NCBI GenBank assembly: GCA_044344255.1
Contig: JBIJDH010000020.1
Span: forward strand, 32,001 to 96,000
Origin: Myxococcota bacterium
GTDB taxonomy: Bacteria; Myxococcota_A; UBA796; UBA2385
DNA length: 64,000 nucleotides
Reading direction: 5' to 3'
The position numbers and the translations under genes were made by a program. The first letter of the stretch is position 1. The number at the start of each line of letters is the position of its first letter. The notes beneath the pieces are model-generated. The model made no database searches, had not been told where the DNA came from, and saw only the letters and a program-made list of their open reading frames with translations. Shown one piece after another: positions 1 through 11,289 of the stretch.

Positions 1-1671
1 CAGGGCTCGCGCATAAGCGCGGAGCTGCACTGGGTCTCGCTCGACGAGGAGGCAGGTCCCCTGGACGGTGTCGTCGAGCGAGTTGAGGCTCACCTCGCCG
101 TCCGCGTGGACATCGAGGAAGGGATCGCTGCGCGGCAGGTCGACGCAGAACCGGAGGCCCGGCGGGGAGGCCTCCTCGACGCTGAGCCGCCCGCCGACGT
201 GCTCGACCAGCAGTCGACAGACAGCGAGCCCATAGTTGGCGTCGTCCACGCTGATCTTCTCTCGGAGCAGCGTGTTGAGTCGCTGGACCTGACCGGCGAG
301 GTCGAGGGTGGGCCCGACGGCGACCACCGCGAGGCGCACGAGGGTCGCCGGGGGGGCCCCTGCGCCATCCAGCCGCGGCGTGTGCACCCGGAAGGTGACC
401 TGCCCGCCGTCGCGCAAGGCCTCCCGGAGGGCGCCGGCGAGGTTGATCAGCACCTGCTCGAGGGAGATCAGCTCCATGCGGACGAAGGCGTCGTCTGCGC
501 TCGGGTGGAAGGCGAGCTGCACCCGGTCGCCGAAGATCGACTCGAGGATCGGCCGGGTCTCGGCGACCACCCGCATGAGGTCGAGGCACTGGTCTTCGGC
601 CCCCCCGCTCTGCCGCGAGAAGGCGTGCAGGCTAGTGGAGAGCTGCACGCCGCGGCGCACGCAGCGGGCCACGGCCTCAACGTGCCCCTGGCTCTCGGCC
701 ACCTCGGAGGACATCCGGAGGAGGTTCACAGAGGCGAGGATCCCCGCCAGCACATTGTTGAAGTCAAAGGCGACCCCAGCCGCCATGCGGCCCACGACGT
801 CGAAGCGCTGGTGTGCCGCCAGGGCCATCTCGGCCTGGCGCTGACCGGTCACGTCGCGCAGGAACAGCAGGGCGAAGCGGTTGTCGTTCGCCAGCTCGCG
901 GACCGGGAAGACCGAGACGGCCAGCCAGCGCGCCGCGCCCTCCGGGCTCAGCCCGCGCACCACACGCTCCATCTCCAGCGCGCACTCGAGCGCGTCGGCG
1001 AGCTTTCGCACATCGGGGTGGGCTGGGTCGGCGGCCATGAACAACGCGGGGAGGGACCGGATCTCGTCCGCGCCGCGGCCCGTGATCGTGGATGCGGCGC
1101 GGTTCGCGAAGACGACCCGGTGCGAGGGCTCCCCAGTGTCGACCAGGATCATCCCAATGCTCGCCGAGTCAAAGGCGGCGTTGAGCTGACGGAGCTGGGA
1201 GGCCGCGGCGTGCCGCTCCAGCGCGATCCTCAACACGACGGAGAGCTGCGGCGCGTAGACGGGCTGGACGAGGTAGCCCGACGCGGGGACCTCCGCCGCG
1301 CGGGCGAAGGTGGCCTCATCGCCATCGGAGGCGAGGAACACCACCGGCACGTCGAGCTCGGCGACCATGGCCTTCGCCGCCCGGACGCCGTCGCCCTCCT
1401 CCTGGAGCCGGACGTTGATGAGCACGAGCTCCGGGCGCCCCCGACGGAGGAGGGCGAGGGCGGCGTCGCGGGTGTCTGCCACGCCCAGCAGCCGATGCCC
1501 GAGCGCCTCGAGGCTGGCCTGTATCCGCGCCGCGTCGGGCGGGTGGGCCTCGACGAGCAGGATCCCCGCGCCGGCCCCGCGAGCCGAACCCCGACCGAAA
1601 GAGGAGCGCAGCGGCCGAGCATCTTCGTCGGGCAGGGCTTCGGCTGGGGCGGCCGGGGGCATGGGTCTCAT
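1..1671 (-). CDS. Hybrid sensor-kinase-like protein (receiver-PAS-HisKA-HATPase-receiver) with degenerate catalytic motifs; 3' end runs off the window
   Basis: Not in the ORF track (open at the left edge). Manual translation from ATG 1671: GILLVEAHPPD..RPELVLINVRL..GYLVQP (receiver), IGMILVD..VVFANRAA..LFLRDVTGQRQAE (PAS), GRMAAGVAFDFNNVLAGI (HisKA), LEQVLINL..YGLAVCRLLVEHVGGRLSV..FCVDLP (HATPase), then CLLVERDP (start of a second receiver). Confidence 0.85.
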   Translation of the reverse strand, partial: MRPMPPAAPAEALPDEDARPLRSSFGRGSARGAGAGILLVEAHPPDAARIQASLEALGHRLLGVADTRDAALALLRRGRPELVLINVRLQEEGDGVRAAKAMVAELDVPVVFLASDGDEATFARAAEVPASGYLVQPVYAPQLSVVLRIALERHAAASQLRQLNAAFDSASIGMILVDTGEPSHRVVFANRAASTITGRGADEIRSLPALFMAADPAHPDVRKLADALECALEMERVVRGLSPEGAARWLAVSVFPVRELANDNRFALLFLRDVTGQRQAEMALAAHQRFDVVGRMAAGVAFDFNNVLAGILASVNLLRMSSEVAESQGHVEAVARCVRRGVQLSTSLHAFSRQSGGAEDQCLDLMRVVAETRPILESIFGDRVQLAFHPSADDAFVRMELISLEQVLINLAGALREALRDGGQVTFRVHTPRLDGAGAPPATLVRLAVVAVGPTLDLAGQVQRLNTLLREKISVDDANYGLAVCRLLVEHVGGRLSVEEASPPGLRFCVDLPRSDPFLDVHADGEVSLNSLDDTVQGTCLLVERDPVQLRAYARAL

Positions 1672-1744
1672 CGGGGTGCTCTCAGTGAACCGACCCGCCC
1701 GCCAGAGGCCCGGCGAGGGCGAGCCGGGGGTGGCAAGCCTGGGG

Positions 1745-2056
1745 TCAAGCCAGGGGACGGATCCGCACAGCGGTGGTGTAATCTTCGAGAATCCACCAAA
1801 GATCAGCCTCCAAAGGGAGGCCGGCATCGAGCTGTTCTTCAATATGTGCTGCCACCCGCGACAGCCACCGGAAGCCGAACATCGCGCCCGTCCCCTTGAC
1901 GCGGTGGGCGAAAAGGCGGACCCGAGCGGCGGGGACATCGGGGGCGCGGAGCACGACCAGCTCAGCCTTCAGGCGAACGAGGAAGTCTTCGGCGAGGTCC
2001 AGCAGCTCTGGCTCCACCGTGACCAGCAGGGCCTCGGGAGGCGGGCAGAGGTTCAT
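1745..2056 (-). CDS. Hpt (histidine phosphotransfer) domain protein
   Basis: Helical 103-aa ORF with LFAHRVKGTGAMFGF, matching the Hpt AHxLKG..G.FG motif; immediately upstream of the kinase-like gene. Confidence 0.8.
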   Translation of the reverse strand: MNLCPPPEALLVTVEPELLDLAEDFLVRLKAELVVLRAPDVPAARVRLFAHRVKGTGAMFGFRWLSRVAAHIEEQLDAGLPLEADLWWILEDYTTAVRIRPLA

Positions 2057-2172
2057 GCAGCACCGGGGGCGCGGGAGGCGGCGGGCGGTCGTGGAGGAGG
2101 CCCCTCCGCCCTCCGCCGGGGCCTCTCACCGTATTCCTTCGAGCCGGGGCAGGCCAGAGGCTCGACCGGCGA

Positions 2173-3246
2173 TCAGCGCGGCTCGTTCAGGCTGTGCACC
2201 TCGGCGACCCTGTGGCCATGGACCATCACCTGCACACCATCGCCGGCCTTGAGCCGGGCATCGCCGGGGGGCTGCGGCTCCCACGCGCCCTGCCCACGCC
2301 GGATCGCCACGATGGTGAGGCGGCTGGAGCCCGTCAGGGTGGAGAGCGCGCTGCGCTCGAAGGTGCTGCCGGCCTTGACGATGATCTCGATGACCACGAG
2401 CACGTCATTGCCCACCCGGTGCGCGCCCACCACGCCCGGGTCCAGCGCCGCGGCGGCGAAGATGGGGGCGGCGGTGCGGGAGGTGGAGAAGGTGGCGGCG
2501 ATGCCGAGCGGGCCCTTCACCTTCTCGGCGAGCCGCTGATCGAAGAGGCGCAGCACGATGGGGATGTCGCGGCGGATCTCCCGCACGTCCATCGCGATCT
2601 CGAGGTTGGCGAGGTCGTCATCGGTGGCGACGATCACCGCGCGGGCCCCCTCGACGTTGAGCGAGCGGAGGAGGTTCTCGGTGCGGGCGTCGCCGATGCA
2701 GACCTCCACGCCGAGGGCCCGCGCCTGGTCCAGCAGGGGGCTGTCGGCGTTGCGCTCGATCACGAAGACCTGCTCCCCGAGGCCGATCAGCTCCTCGAGG
2801 ACGCGGAAGCCCACCGTCCCAAGGCCGCAGAGGATGACATGACCACGGCTGCTGCTGGCGAGCACCTGCATCCACTTCTCCCGTTGGACCTCTTTCTTGA
2901 AGGTCCGGATCCCGAGCTTGATGACCCCCTCCGCCAGCACGACGACGCCGGCGATCGGGAGCAGGTAGTGGCTGAGCTCCCCCACGAGGTTCGCGGGGAG
3001 GGGGACGTTGTGCTCGACCAGCAGAAGGTTGTAGGCGATGAAGACCGCCTCGTTCCAGGTTGGATTGACCCCTCCGGGGGGCGCCCCGAAGTAGCGCTGC
3101 ACCACCGTGCCGAGGGTCCAGATCACGATCAGGGCGATCAGGGGCCCGCGGAGGTCCCGGAGCGCCGAAGCGTGGAAGCGCAGGTCAGCCCAGGCGCGGC
3201 GAAGGCGCCGCTCTCGGATCCGCTGCTCCTGGGATTGATGGGGCAT
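2173..3246 (-). CDS. Potassium-channel-like protein: two TM segments plus TrkA-N (RCK) and TrkA-C domains
   Basis: HVILCGLGTVGFRV Rossmann motif, GDAR, ATDDDLANLEIA, C-terminal TrkA-C-like LKAGDGV; two N-terminal hydrophobic helices. Confidence 0.8.
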   Translation of the reverse strand: MPHQSQEQRIRERRLRRAWADLRFHASALRDLRGPLIALIVIWTLGTVVQRYFGAPPGGVNPTWNEAVFIAYNLLLVEHNVPLPANLVGELSHYLLPIAGVVVLAEGVIKLGIRTFKKEVQREKWMQVLASSSRGHVILCGLGTVGFRVLEELIGLGEQVFVIERNADSPLLDQARALGVEVCIGDARTENLLRSLNVEGARAVIVATDDDLANLEIAMDVREIRRDIPIVLRLFDQRLAEKVKGPLGIAATFSTSRTAAPIFAAAALDPGVVGAHRVGNDVLVVIEIIVKAGSTFERSALSTLTGSSRLTIVAIRRGQGAWEPQPPGDARLKAGDGVQVMVHGHRVAEVHSLNEPR

Positions 3247-3308
3247 CGGGGGCTGCTAATCCGATTCGGAGGCACCGCACGGCGGGGGCCCCGGATCGGT
3301 CACTTCCC

Positions 3309-3337
3309 TTGACACGCCCGCGGGAGCGGCGTAGGGG
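3309..3337 (+). promoter_or_regulatory. Putative sigma70 promoter of the rplU operon
   Basis: TTGACA (3309-3314), 17-nt spacer, TAGGGG(T), upstream of rplU. Confidence 0.5.
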
Positions 3338-3453
3338 TGCGGGCTTGCTCAGGGCCGCCGCCCGCCTGCCGGTCGATCCGGCGCCCTCCCCGGAGCCCGG
3401 GGAGTGCTCTCCAGGGCGCAGTGGCCGTTTAGAGCGATCCAGATGGAGTTCCC

Positions 3454-3765
3454 ATGTACGCCGTGGTGTTCACGGGTGGTCAGCAGTTTAAGGTGTCGCA
3501 GGGCGACACCCTCACCGTCAAGCGGCTCGCGGCCGAGGTCGGTAGCTCGATTGAGCTCCCCGTCCTCCTGTTGCAGGGCGCCGAAGGCGGCCTCAAGGTG
3601 GGCGCACCCCACGTCGACGGCGCAAAGGTCGTCGCCGAGGTGGTGGAGCATGCGCTCGGCGAGAAGCGCGAGGGCTTCAAGTTCCGCCACACCCGCCGCT
3701 ACCGCCGGTCTTTCGCCTCCCGCCCGCGGGAGACGGTCATTCGCATCCAGCAGATCTCGGCCTGA
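3454..3765 (+). CDS. rplU: 50S ribosomal protein L21
   Basis: MYAVVFTGGQQFKVSQGD N-terminus, 103 aa, adjacent to rpmA. Confidence 0.95.
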   Translation: MYAVVFTGGQQFKVSQGDTLTVKRLAAEVGSSIELPVLLLQGAEGGLKVGAPHVDGAKVVAEVVEHALGEKREGFKFRHTRRYRRSFASRPRETVIRIQQISA

Positions 3766-3805
3766 GGCCGCTGCACTCTTCGGCTGAGGCCGGTAGGAGC
3801 CTTCG

Positions 3806-4069
3806 ATGGCGCATAAAAAAGGTCAAGGCAGCACGCGGAACGGCCGCGACTCCAACGCGCAGTACCGCGGTGTGAAGCGCCACGACGGGCAGATCGTCCC
3901 GGCGGGCAGCATCATCGTCCGTCAGGTCGGCAGCAAATTCCACGCTGGTGACGGCGTCGGCACGGGGAAGGACTACACGCTCTTCGCCCTCGTCGACGGC
4001 GTGGTGCGCTTCCAGACTCGGCGCAACCGGCGGCACGTGCTCGTCCTCCCCGTCGAGGCTCAGGCCTGA
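3806..4069 (+). CDS. rpmA: 50S ribosomal protein L27
   Basis: [36 protein letters not shown]. Confidence 0.97.
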   Translation: MAHKKGQGSTRNGRDSNAQYRGVKRHDGQIVPAGSIIVRQVGSKFHAGDGVGTGKDYTLFALVDGVVRFQTRRNRRHVLVLPVEAQA

Positions 4070-4105
4070 CGAGGGTTCGATGCGCGGCCACGGGGGTCCG
4101 TCGGC

Positions 4106-5206
4106 ATGCGGTTCATTGACGAAGCCACCATCCGGGTGGTGAGCGGGAACGGGGGCGACGGCGTCGTCGCCTTCCGCCGCGAGAAGTACGTCGCGCAAGG
4201 CGGCCCCAGCGGTGGGGACGGCGGGCGCGGCGGCGATGTGGTGCTGGTCGCGAACAACGGCTGCAACACCCTCATTGACCTCCGCGCCCAGCCGATGTGG
4301 CGCGCGGAGGACGGTGAGCGCGGTGGCGGCGCAGACCGCTACGGTGCCGCAGGCGTCACGCTGGAGCTGCCGTGTCCAGTGGGCACGCGCGTCTTCGACG
4401 ACGAGACCGGGGCGCTGGTCTACGACCTCGTGAGCCACGGCCAACGCGCCGTGGTGGCGAAGGGCGGAGACGGGGGCCTCGGTAATATCCACTTCAAGAG
4501 CAGCACCAACCGCACCCCGCGGAAGGCCCTGCCCGGCTGGCCCGGACAGGATCGCCAGCTCCGGCTGGAGCTCGTGCTGATGGCCGACGTCGGGCTGCTC
4601 GGCTTCCCGAACGCCGGCAAGTCCACCCTGATCTCCGCCATCTCCGCGGCGCGGCCCAAGGTGGCAGACTACCCCTTCACCACCCTGGTCCCCAACCTCG
4701 GCGTGGTGAAGGTGGGCACCGAAGGCAGCTTCGTCGTCGCCGACATGCCGGGCCTCATCCGCGGCGCCGCCGACGGCGCGGGCCTCGGCCACCGCTTCCT
4801 CCGCCACGTGGCGCGCAACCGCGTCCTGCTCCACCTCGTCAGCCTCGCGCCCGACGAGGAGGAGGGGCCGGTCGAGCGTTACCTCGCGATCCGAGGGGAG
4901 CTCGAGGCGTATGATCCCGCCCTCGTCCACCGCCCCGAGCTCGTGGTGCTCACGAAGGCCGACACTCGGCCGATCGAGGAGATCCGAGAGGTCGGTCGGT
5001 CGCTGGCGGAGGCCTCCGGGCAGAAGCTCCGCTTGATCTCCGCGGTCACCGGCCAAGGGGTCCAAGACCTCGTGCGGTCCCTGTGGCGGGAGCTCCAGGC
5101 CCAGCTCGCCCGGGAGGAGTCCGAGGGGGCGGCCGAGCCCGCTCCGAGGGGGGACTCCCCGGGAGAGCGCGTGCGAGAAGATGAGCGGGAAGCGGGAGAA
5201 GAATGA
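4106..5206 (+). CDS. obgE: GTPase ObgE/CgtA
   Basis: FIDEA..SGNGGDG, GGPSGGDGGRGG, ADVGLLGFPNAGKSTL, ADYPFTTL, DMPGLI, TKAD; canonical rplU-rpmA-obg order. Confidence 0.97.
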   Translation: MRFIDEATIRVVSGNGGDGVVAFRREKYVAQGGPSGGDGGRGGDVVLVANNGCNTLIDLRAQPMWRAEDGERGGGADRYGAAGVTLELPCPVGTRVFDDETGALVYDLVSHGQRAVVAKGGDGGLGNIHFKSSTNRTPRKALPGWPGQDRQLRLELVLMADVGLLGFPNAGKSTLISAISAARPKVADYPFTTLVPNLGVVKVGTEGSFVVADMPGLIRGAADGAGLGHRFLRHVARNRVLLHLVSLAPDEEEGPVERYLAIRGELEAYDPALVHRPELVVLTKADTRPIEEIREVGRSLAEASGQKLRLISAVTGQGVQDLVRSLWRELQAQLAREESEGAAEPAPRGDSPGERVREDEREAGEE

Positions 5207-6042
5207 GCCTGCTGCTCCTCTCGCTCCTCGCCTGTGGCCCCGAGGCGACGCCGCCTGCCAGCCTCGCGGCGGTCTCCGAGGAGATCCAGTTCACCTCGGT
5301 CGACCGCCTGGGGCCGCACCACTTTGTCGGCTCGATCCAGCGGGGGAGCCGCAACGAGGCCGGTCGCACCACCACCACCGAGGAGGCCGTGGAGATCACC
5401 TGGCAAGACTGGGGGACCTTCTCCTACCGCCGGGTCGTCAACGGCCGGCCGGTGCTGGCGGTCGTGACCATCGAAGGGCAGTCCTGGGTCGAGCGCCCCG
5501 ATGGACGCTGGCAGGCCCGCGGCGACGCCGAGCCCTACCGCCAGGAGCTGCGAGCCGGCTGGAACCTGTGGGAGCAGGCCCTCTCCGAGTATGACGGGCG
5601 GCTCCTGCTCGAGGGTGCGAGCGTCGACGTGGTCGAGGGGCGCCCGGCCCGCCGCTACACCGTCGCGTTGCGCCCCCTGCCCGAGACCGCAGACCCCGCC
5701 GAGCTCGACCGCCGCCGCCGTCAGGCCGCGCAGCAGGGGGAGCCCACCGCGGCGAGCGGCACGGTGGCGCTCGACGAGAGCACGGCCGTGCGCCTCACCG
5801 CCGATGTGCGGGCCGAGCGCCGGGTCGGTCAGACCACCCACACCGTCGCCATCACGCTGCGCCGCTCGGCCATCGGTGAGCCCCAGAACATCTCTAAACC
5901 CGAGGAGGTCGCCGCGCCGGTCGATCCCCTCGCGGCCGCCGAGGCCCCGCCTCCTCGCGCCGATCGCCCCGACAAGCCTCCGCCGTCCTCGCGTAAGGGG
6001 GGTGGTCGTAAGCCCAAGTCCAAGGAGGCCCGAGAGCCTTGA
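5203..6042 (+). CDS. Hypothetical lipoprotein (beta-rich, possibly LolA/LppX-like fold)
   Basis: Lipobox SLLAC; ATGA overlap with obgE; VEGRPARRYTV segment typical of LolA-like lipoproteins (fold is inference). Confidence 0.65.
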   Translation: MSLLLLSLLACGPEATPPASLAAVSEEIQFTSVDRLGPHHFVGSIQRGSRNEAGRTTTTEEAVEITWQDWGTFSYRRVVNGRPVLAVVTIEGQSWVERPDGRWQARGDAEPYRQELRAGWNLWEQALSEYDGRLLLEGASVDVVEGRPARRYTVALRPLPETADPAELDRRRRQAAQQGEPTAASGTVALDESTAVRLTADVRAERRVGQTTHTVAITLRRSAIGEPQNISKPEEVAAPVDPLAAAEAPPPRADRPDKPPPSSRKGGGRKPKSKEAREP

Positions 6043-6827
6043 CCCGAAAGCCCCCCCCCATCCTGTTCTCTGCCTCCCCCAAGGCCCCCAAGGCAGCCTC
6101 GAAGGCCGCCCGGCCCAACACGCCCGCGCCGCCCCCCGTCGAGGAGGTCGACGACGACGAGCTCGATGAAGACGAGCTCGACGACGACGACCTCGACGAC
6201 GAAGACGAAGGCGAGGACGACGAGCTCGACGAAGACGATGAGCTCGACGAAGACGAAGAAGATGACGACGAGCTTGATGACGACGAGCTCGACGACGACG
6301 ACCTCGACGAGGAGGCCGACGCCTGGCAGGAGCTCGAAGGCGTGAACCCCGAGGGCGCCGAGGCCCTGGTCGAGGCCCGGGTCAAGCAGCCCTTGCCCGC
6401 CTCTGTCGAGCCCCTCGACCTCGTGCGCGCTGTCGTCGCCTCGGTGATCGACCGCGGCGCCGAGGAGATCGTGATCCTCGACCTCATCGGCCGCACCTCC
6501 TACTGCGACTACCTCGTGCTCTGTAACGGCACGAACGCCCGCCAGGTCTCGGCCATCGCCAGCCGGACCGTCCGCGCCGTGCGCGACCTCGGCGTCCGGC
6601 CGCTCGGCGTCGAGGGGCTGGACACCGGCCGCTGGGCCCTCATCGACCTCTCCGACGTGATCGTCCACGTCTTCGACGGCGCGATGCGCGGCTACTACGA
6701 CATCGACGGCCTCTGGGTCGACGCCCCCCGCTTGAGCGTGGAGAGCCTCGGCCTGACGCCCGCCCCCGCCCGCGAGCCGGAGGAAGACGAGGCCGAAGCG
6801 GACGACGACTGGATGGTAGACGGGTGA
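6039..6827 (+). CDS. rsfS: Ribosome silencing factor RsfS (Iojap) with long acidic N-terminal extension
   Basis: AEEIVILDL..CDYLVLCNG..RQVSAIA..VEG..WALIDLSDVIVHVF..RGYYDIDGLW; TTG start overlaps the previous stop; followed by rlmH. Confidence 0.9.
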   Translation: MTRKPPPILFSASPKAPKAASKAARPNTPAPPPVEEVDDDELDEDELDDDDLDDEDEGEDDELDEDDELDEDEEDDDELDDDELDDDDLDEEADAWQELEGVNPEGAEALVEARVKQPLPASVEPLDLVRAVVASVIDRGAEEIVILDLIGRTSYCDYLVLCNGTNARQVSAIASRTVRAVRDLGVRPLGVEGLDTGRWALIDLSDVIVHVFDGAMRGYYDIDGLWVDAPRLSVESLGLTPAPAREPEEDEAEADDDWMVDG

Positions 6828-7309
6828 AGGTCACCCTCCATCGGGTCGGCAAGGGGCGCACCCCCTGGGCCGACGCCGCGGTGGAGGACTACCGGCGCCG
6901 CCTCGCCCGCTCGTTCGACTTCAGCGAGCAGCTCGATCGCCCCGAGCCCTTCAAGGGGGACGTCGAGCGCGTGAAGGCGGCGGAGGGCGCCCGCCTGCTC
7001 GCCGGCCTCCGGGAGGGGGATCGGCTCATCCCCCTCGACGAGCGGGGCGAGCAGGTGACGACGGAGCTCTTCTCGACCTGGATCGACGAGGCCGCCCGCG
7101 GCTCGGCGCGGCGCATGGTCTTCGCGATCGGCGGCCCCTACGGTCACCCGCCGGAGGTGCGAAAGGCCGCCTGGAAGGTGCTCGGCCTCTCTCGGATGGT
7201 GCTCAACCACGAGCTCGCCCGCGTGCTCCTCGTCGAGCAGCTCTACCGGGCGGGCACGCTCCTGTGGGGCGGGGCCTACCATCACGGGGGAGCGGAGCTC
7301 CCCGACTGA
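6824..7309 (+). CDS. rlmH: 23S rRNA pseudouridine-1915 N3-methyltransferase RlmH
   Basis: VGK..DY..R, LDERGEQ, FAIGGPYG, LSRMVLNHELARVLLVEQLYRA..YH; GTGA overlap with rsfS. Confidence 0.95.
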   Translation: MKVTLHRVGKGRTPWADAAVEDYRRRLARSFDFSEQLDRPEPFKGDVERVKAAEGARLLAGLREGDRLIPLDERGEQVTTELFSTWIDEAARGSARRMVFAIGGPYGHPPEVRKAAWKVLGLSRMVLNHELARVLLVEQLYRAGTLLWGGAYHHGGAELPD

Positions 7310-7428
7310 GCCGCGCCGCCTCGGGGCCCCCGGCGTTGGCCCCACCCGGCCGACCGTCGGGCGGCCCCTGTACAGAGGCACGGGATGAATTAATCCCCTC
7401 GCCCCCCCTCCGCCGCCGGACGGACAGC

Positions 7429-7818
7429 ATGGTCGCCTGCCCCCTCTGCTCCACCTCCCTCGAAGACAGCGTCTTCGATGGTGTCCCCATCCAGGTCTGC
7501 GCCACCCACGGGACCTGGCTCGACAAGGGTGAGCTGCTGGCGATCACCGAGGAGGAGCGCTGGAAGCCGACCCTCTTCTGGGAGGAGCTCTTCCGCACCC
7601 AGTCCAAGCCCCCCCGCCGCGACGGCCGGCACCTGCCCTGCCCCCACTGCGCGCAGGTGATGGAGCCGATGCCCTACCACGGCGTGATCATCGACTGGTG
7701 CCGCGATCACGGCGTGTGGCTCGACTCGGGCGAGATGGAGGCCATCCTGAACAACCTCCGGCTCGACCCGAACTACATCCGCGGGGTCGCGCTCCGCGTC
7801 TCCGAGCGCGTGTTCTGA
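7429..7818 (+). CDS. Tandem zf-TFIIB-type zinc-ribbon protein
   Basis: Two repeats: CPLC..C..HGTWLDKGEL and CPHC..C..HGVWLDSGEM; start taken at ATG 7429. Confidence 0.8.
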   Translation: MVACPLCSTSLEDSVFDGVPIQVCATHGTWLDKGELLAITEEERWKPTLFWEELFRTQSKPPRRDGRHLPCPHCAQVMEPMPYHGVIIDWCRDHGVWLDSGEMEAILNNLRLDPNYIRGVALRVSERVF

Positions 7819-7861
7819 GCCGCGGCGCTCGCCGCCGAGCGCCACCGCCGAGCGTGTGCCC

Positions 7862-9246
7862 TCAGATGCCGCTCGGCCGCAGCGCCAGGGTCTGGCGATC
7901 GAGCTCCGGCACGCGCGCCGCCTCGGCGGCCCAGGTCGCAGGGCTCCAGAGGGCCTCCAGGGCCTCCACCGTGTGGCCCTGCTGCTCGACCCAGGTGAAG
8001 TACTTCTGGTTGTGCCAGCGGCGCCGCACCGGCATCGTGCCCTCCAGGACCATGTTCGGGCGCTGATCGTGGAAGATGCCGATCCGGCGCCGGGCGACCG
8101 CGTCGGTCTGCGGGCCGACGGTGGCGTCGAGGCGGCGCAGCACGCTCGGGTACCGGTCGAAGTTGTCGGTGGCCGCCGTGAACAGCAGCTCCCCTTCGCC
8201 CATGTCGTAGTAGTGGGCCGTCTGGATGGCCGCGAGGATGTTGCACATCGCGCTGACGCCGAAGGTGCCGCGCATGCAAGACAGCGGCCCCGGATCGAGG
8301 CCCAGGGCGGCAGCGAGCGTGTCCTGGCCCTCTTCGACGAGCTGAAGCGCCTCCAGGCACTGCTGATCATCTACACAGACGAGGAGGTCTGTGTTGCGGA
8401 CATTGTGGATCCAGGTGACGTGCTTGTCGCCGATCCCCTCGATGGCGTGCGACCCATAGCCCACGTTGTAGAGGGTGGGGCACTGGACAGGTTCGACCGC
8501 GACCACCTTGGCGTCGGACCACTCGGCCTTGATGCGGTCCCCGGCGGCGATGGTGCCGGCGCTGCCCATCGCGCTCACGAAGGCGGCGATGCGCCCGTTG
8601 CCGATGCCCTCCGCCTGGAGCTCGCGGGCGAGCTCGACGGCGCTCCCGCCGGTGACGTGGTGATGGAAGCGGTAATTGCCCATCTCCGCGAACTGGTTGA
8701 GGATGCGGTTCTGGGGGTCGGCCCGGAGCTGGGCCACACGATCGTAGATCTCCTTGACGTTGGACTCCGAGCCGGGCGTCGCGTTGATCTCCGCTCCGTA
8801 GGCTCGGATCTTCTCGAAGCGCTCCGCGCTCATCTCGGCGGGCAGCACCACCAGGGAGCGGAAGCCGAGCCGCGGCCCGACCCAGGCCCCGCCGATGCCG
8901 AAGTTGCCGGTGGAGGGAAAGACGAGCGTGCTCCCATCCTGCACGATCTCACCCGAGACCAGCTTCTCCCGCGCGATGCTGTACGCCGGCCCCACCTTGT
9001 GGCTGCCGGTGGGGAAGTTGAGCCCGCACATCACGACGACGCTGGCCCGGGTGCCGGTGAGGGCCCGCGGCAGCACCATGTGGGTGACCGCCCCCACGCG
9101 ACCATCGGCGTGCAAACGACGCCAGGTCATGTCGAAGAGGTGGATGGGATCGAGCGGATCGGTCGACGCGCGGGCCCGGGCCCGGACGGCGGCCGGCTGG
9201 GTGGCGGGGTGGAGCAGCTCTTCGAGGGTGGGCAGCAGCGGCAGGC

Positions 9247-9250
<4 letters not shown>
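7862..9250 (-). CDS. Fold-type II PLP-dependent enzyme (cysteine synthase/threonine dehydratase superfamily)
   Basis: FPTGSHKVG (PLP lysine), STGNFGIGGA, GSAGTIAAG, IEGIGDK; ATG 9250 overlaps the stop of the upstream YgfK-like gene. Confidence 0.85.
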
Positions 9251-11211
<1,961 letters not shown>

Positions 11212-11289
11212 GGTGGCCCATGATGCCAGACATCGCCGTCCGGGGCCACCGTTCGGCCGACCGCCGATGGACCGTGCTACGCTCCCGAG

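Noticed and set aside
106..1899. 597-aa plus-strand ORF and the many other long antisense ORFs (e.g. 36155-39070, 42693-46022, 57431-59602)
   Set aside because: Shadow ORFs typical of high-GC DNA; the opposite strand carries recognisable protein motifs.
5894..6496. Poly-serine minus-strand ORF
   Set aside because: Antisense reading of the Asp/Glu tract in rsfS.
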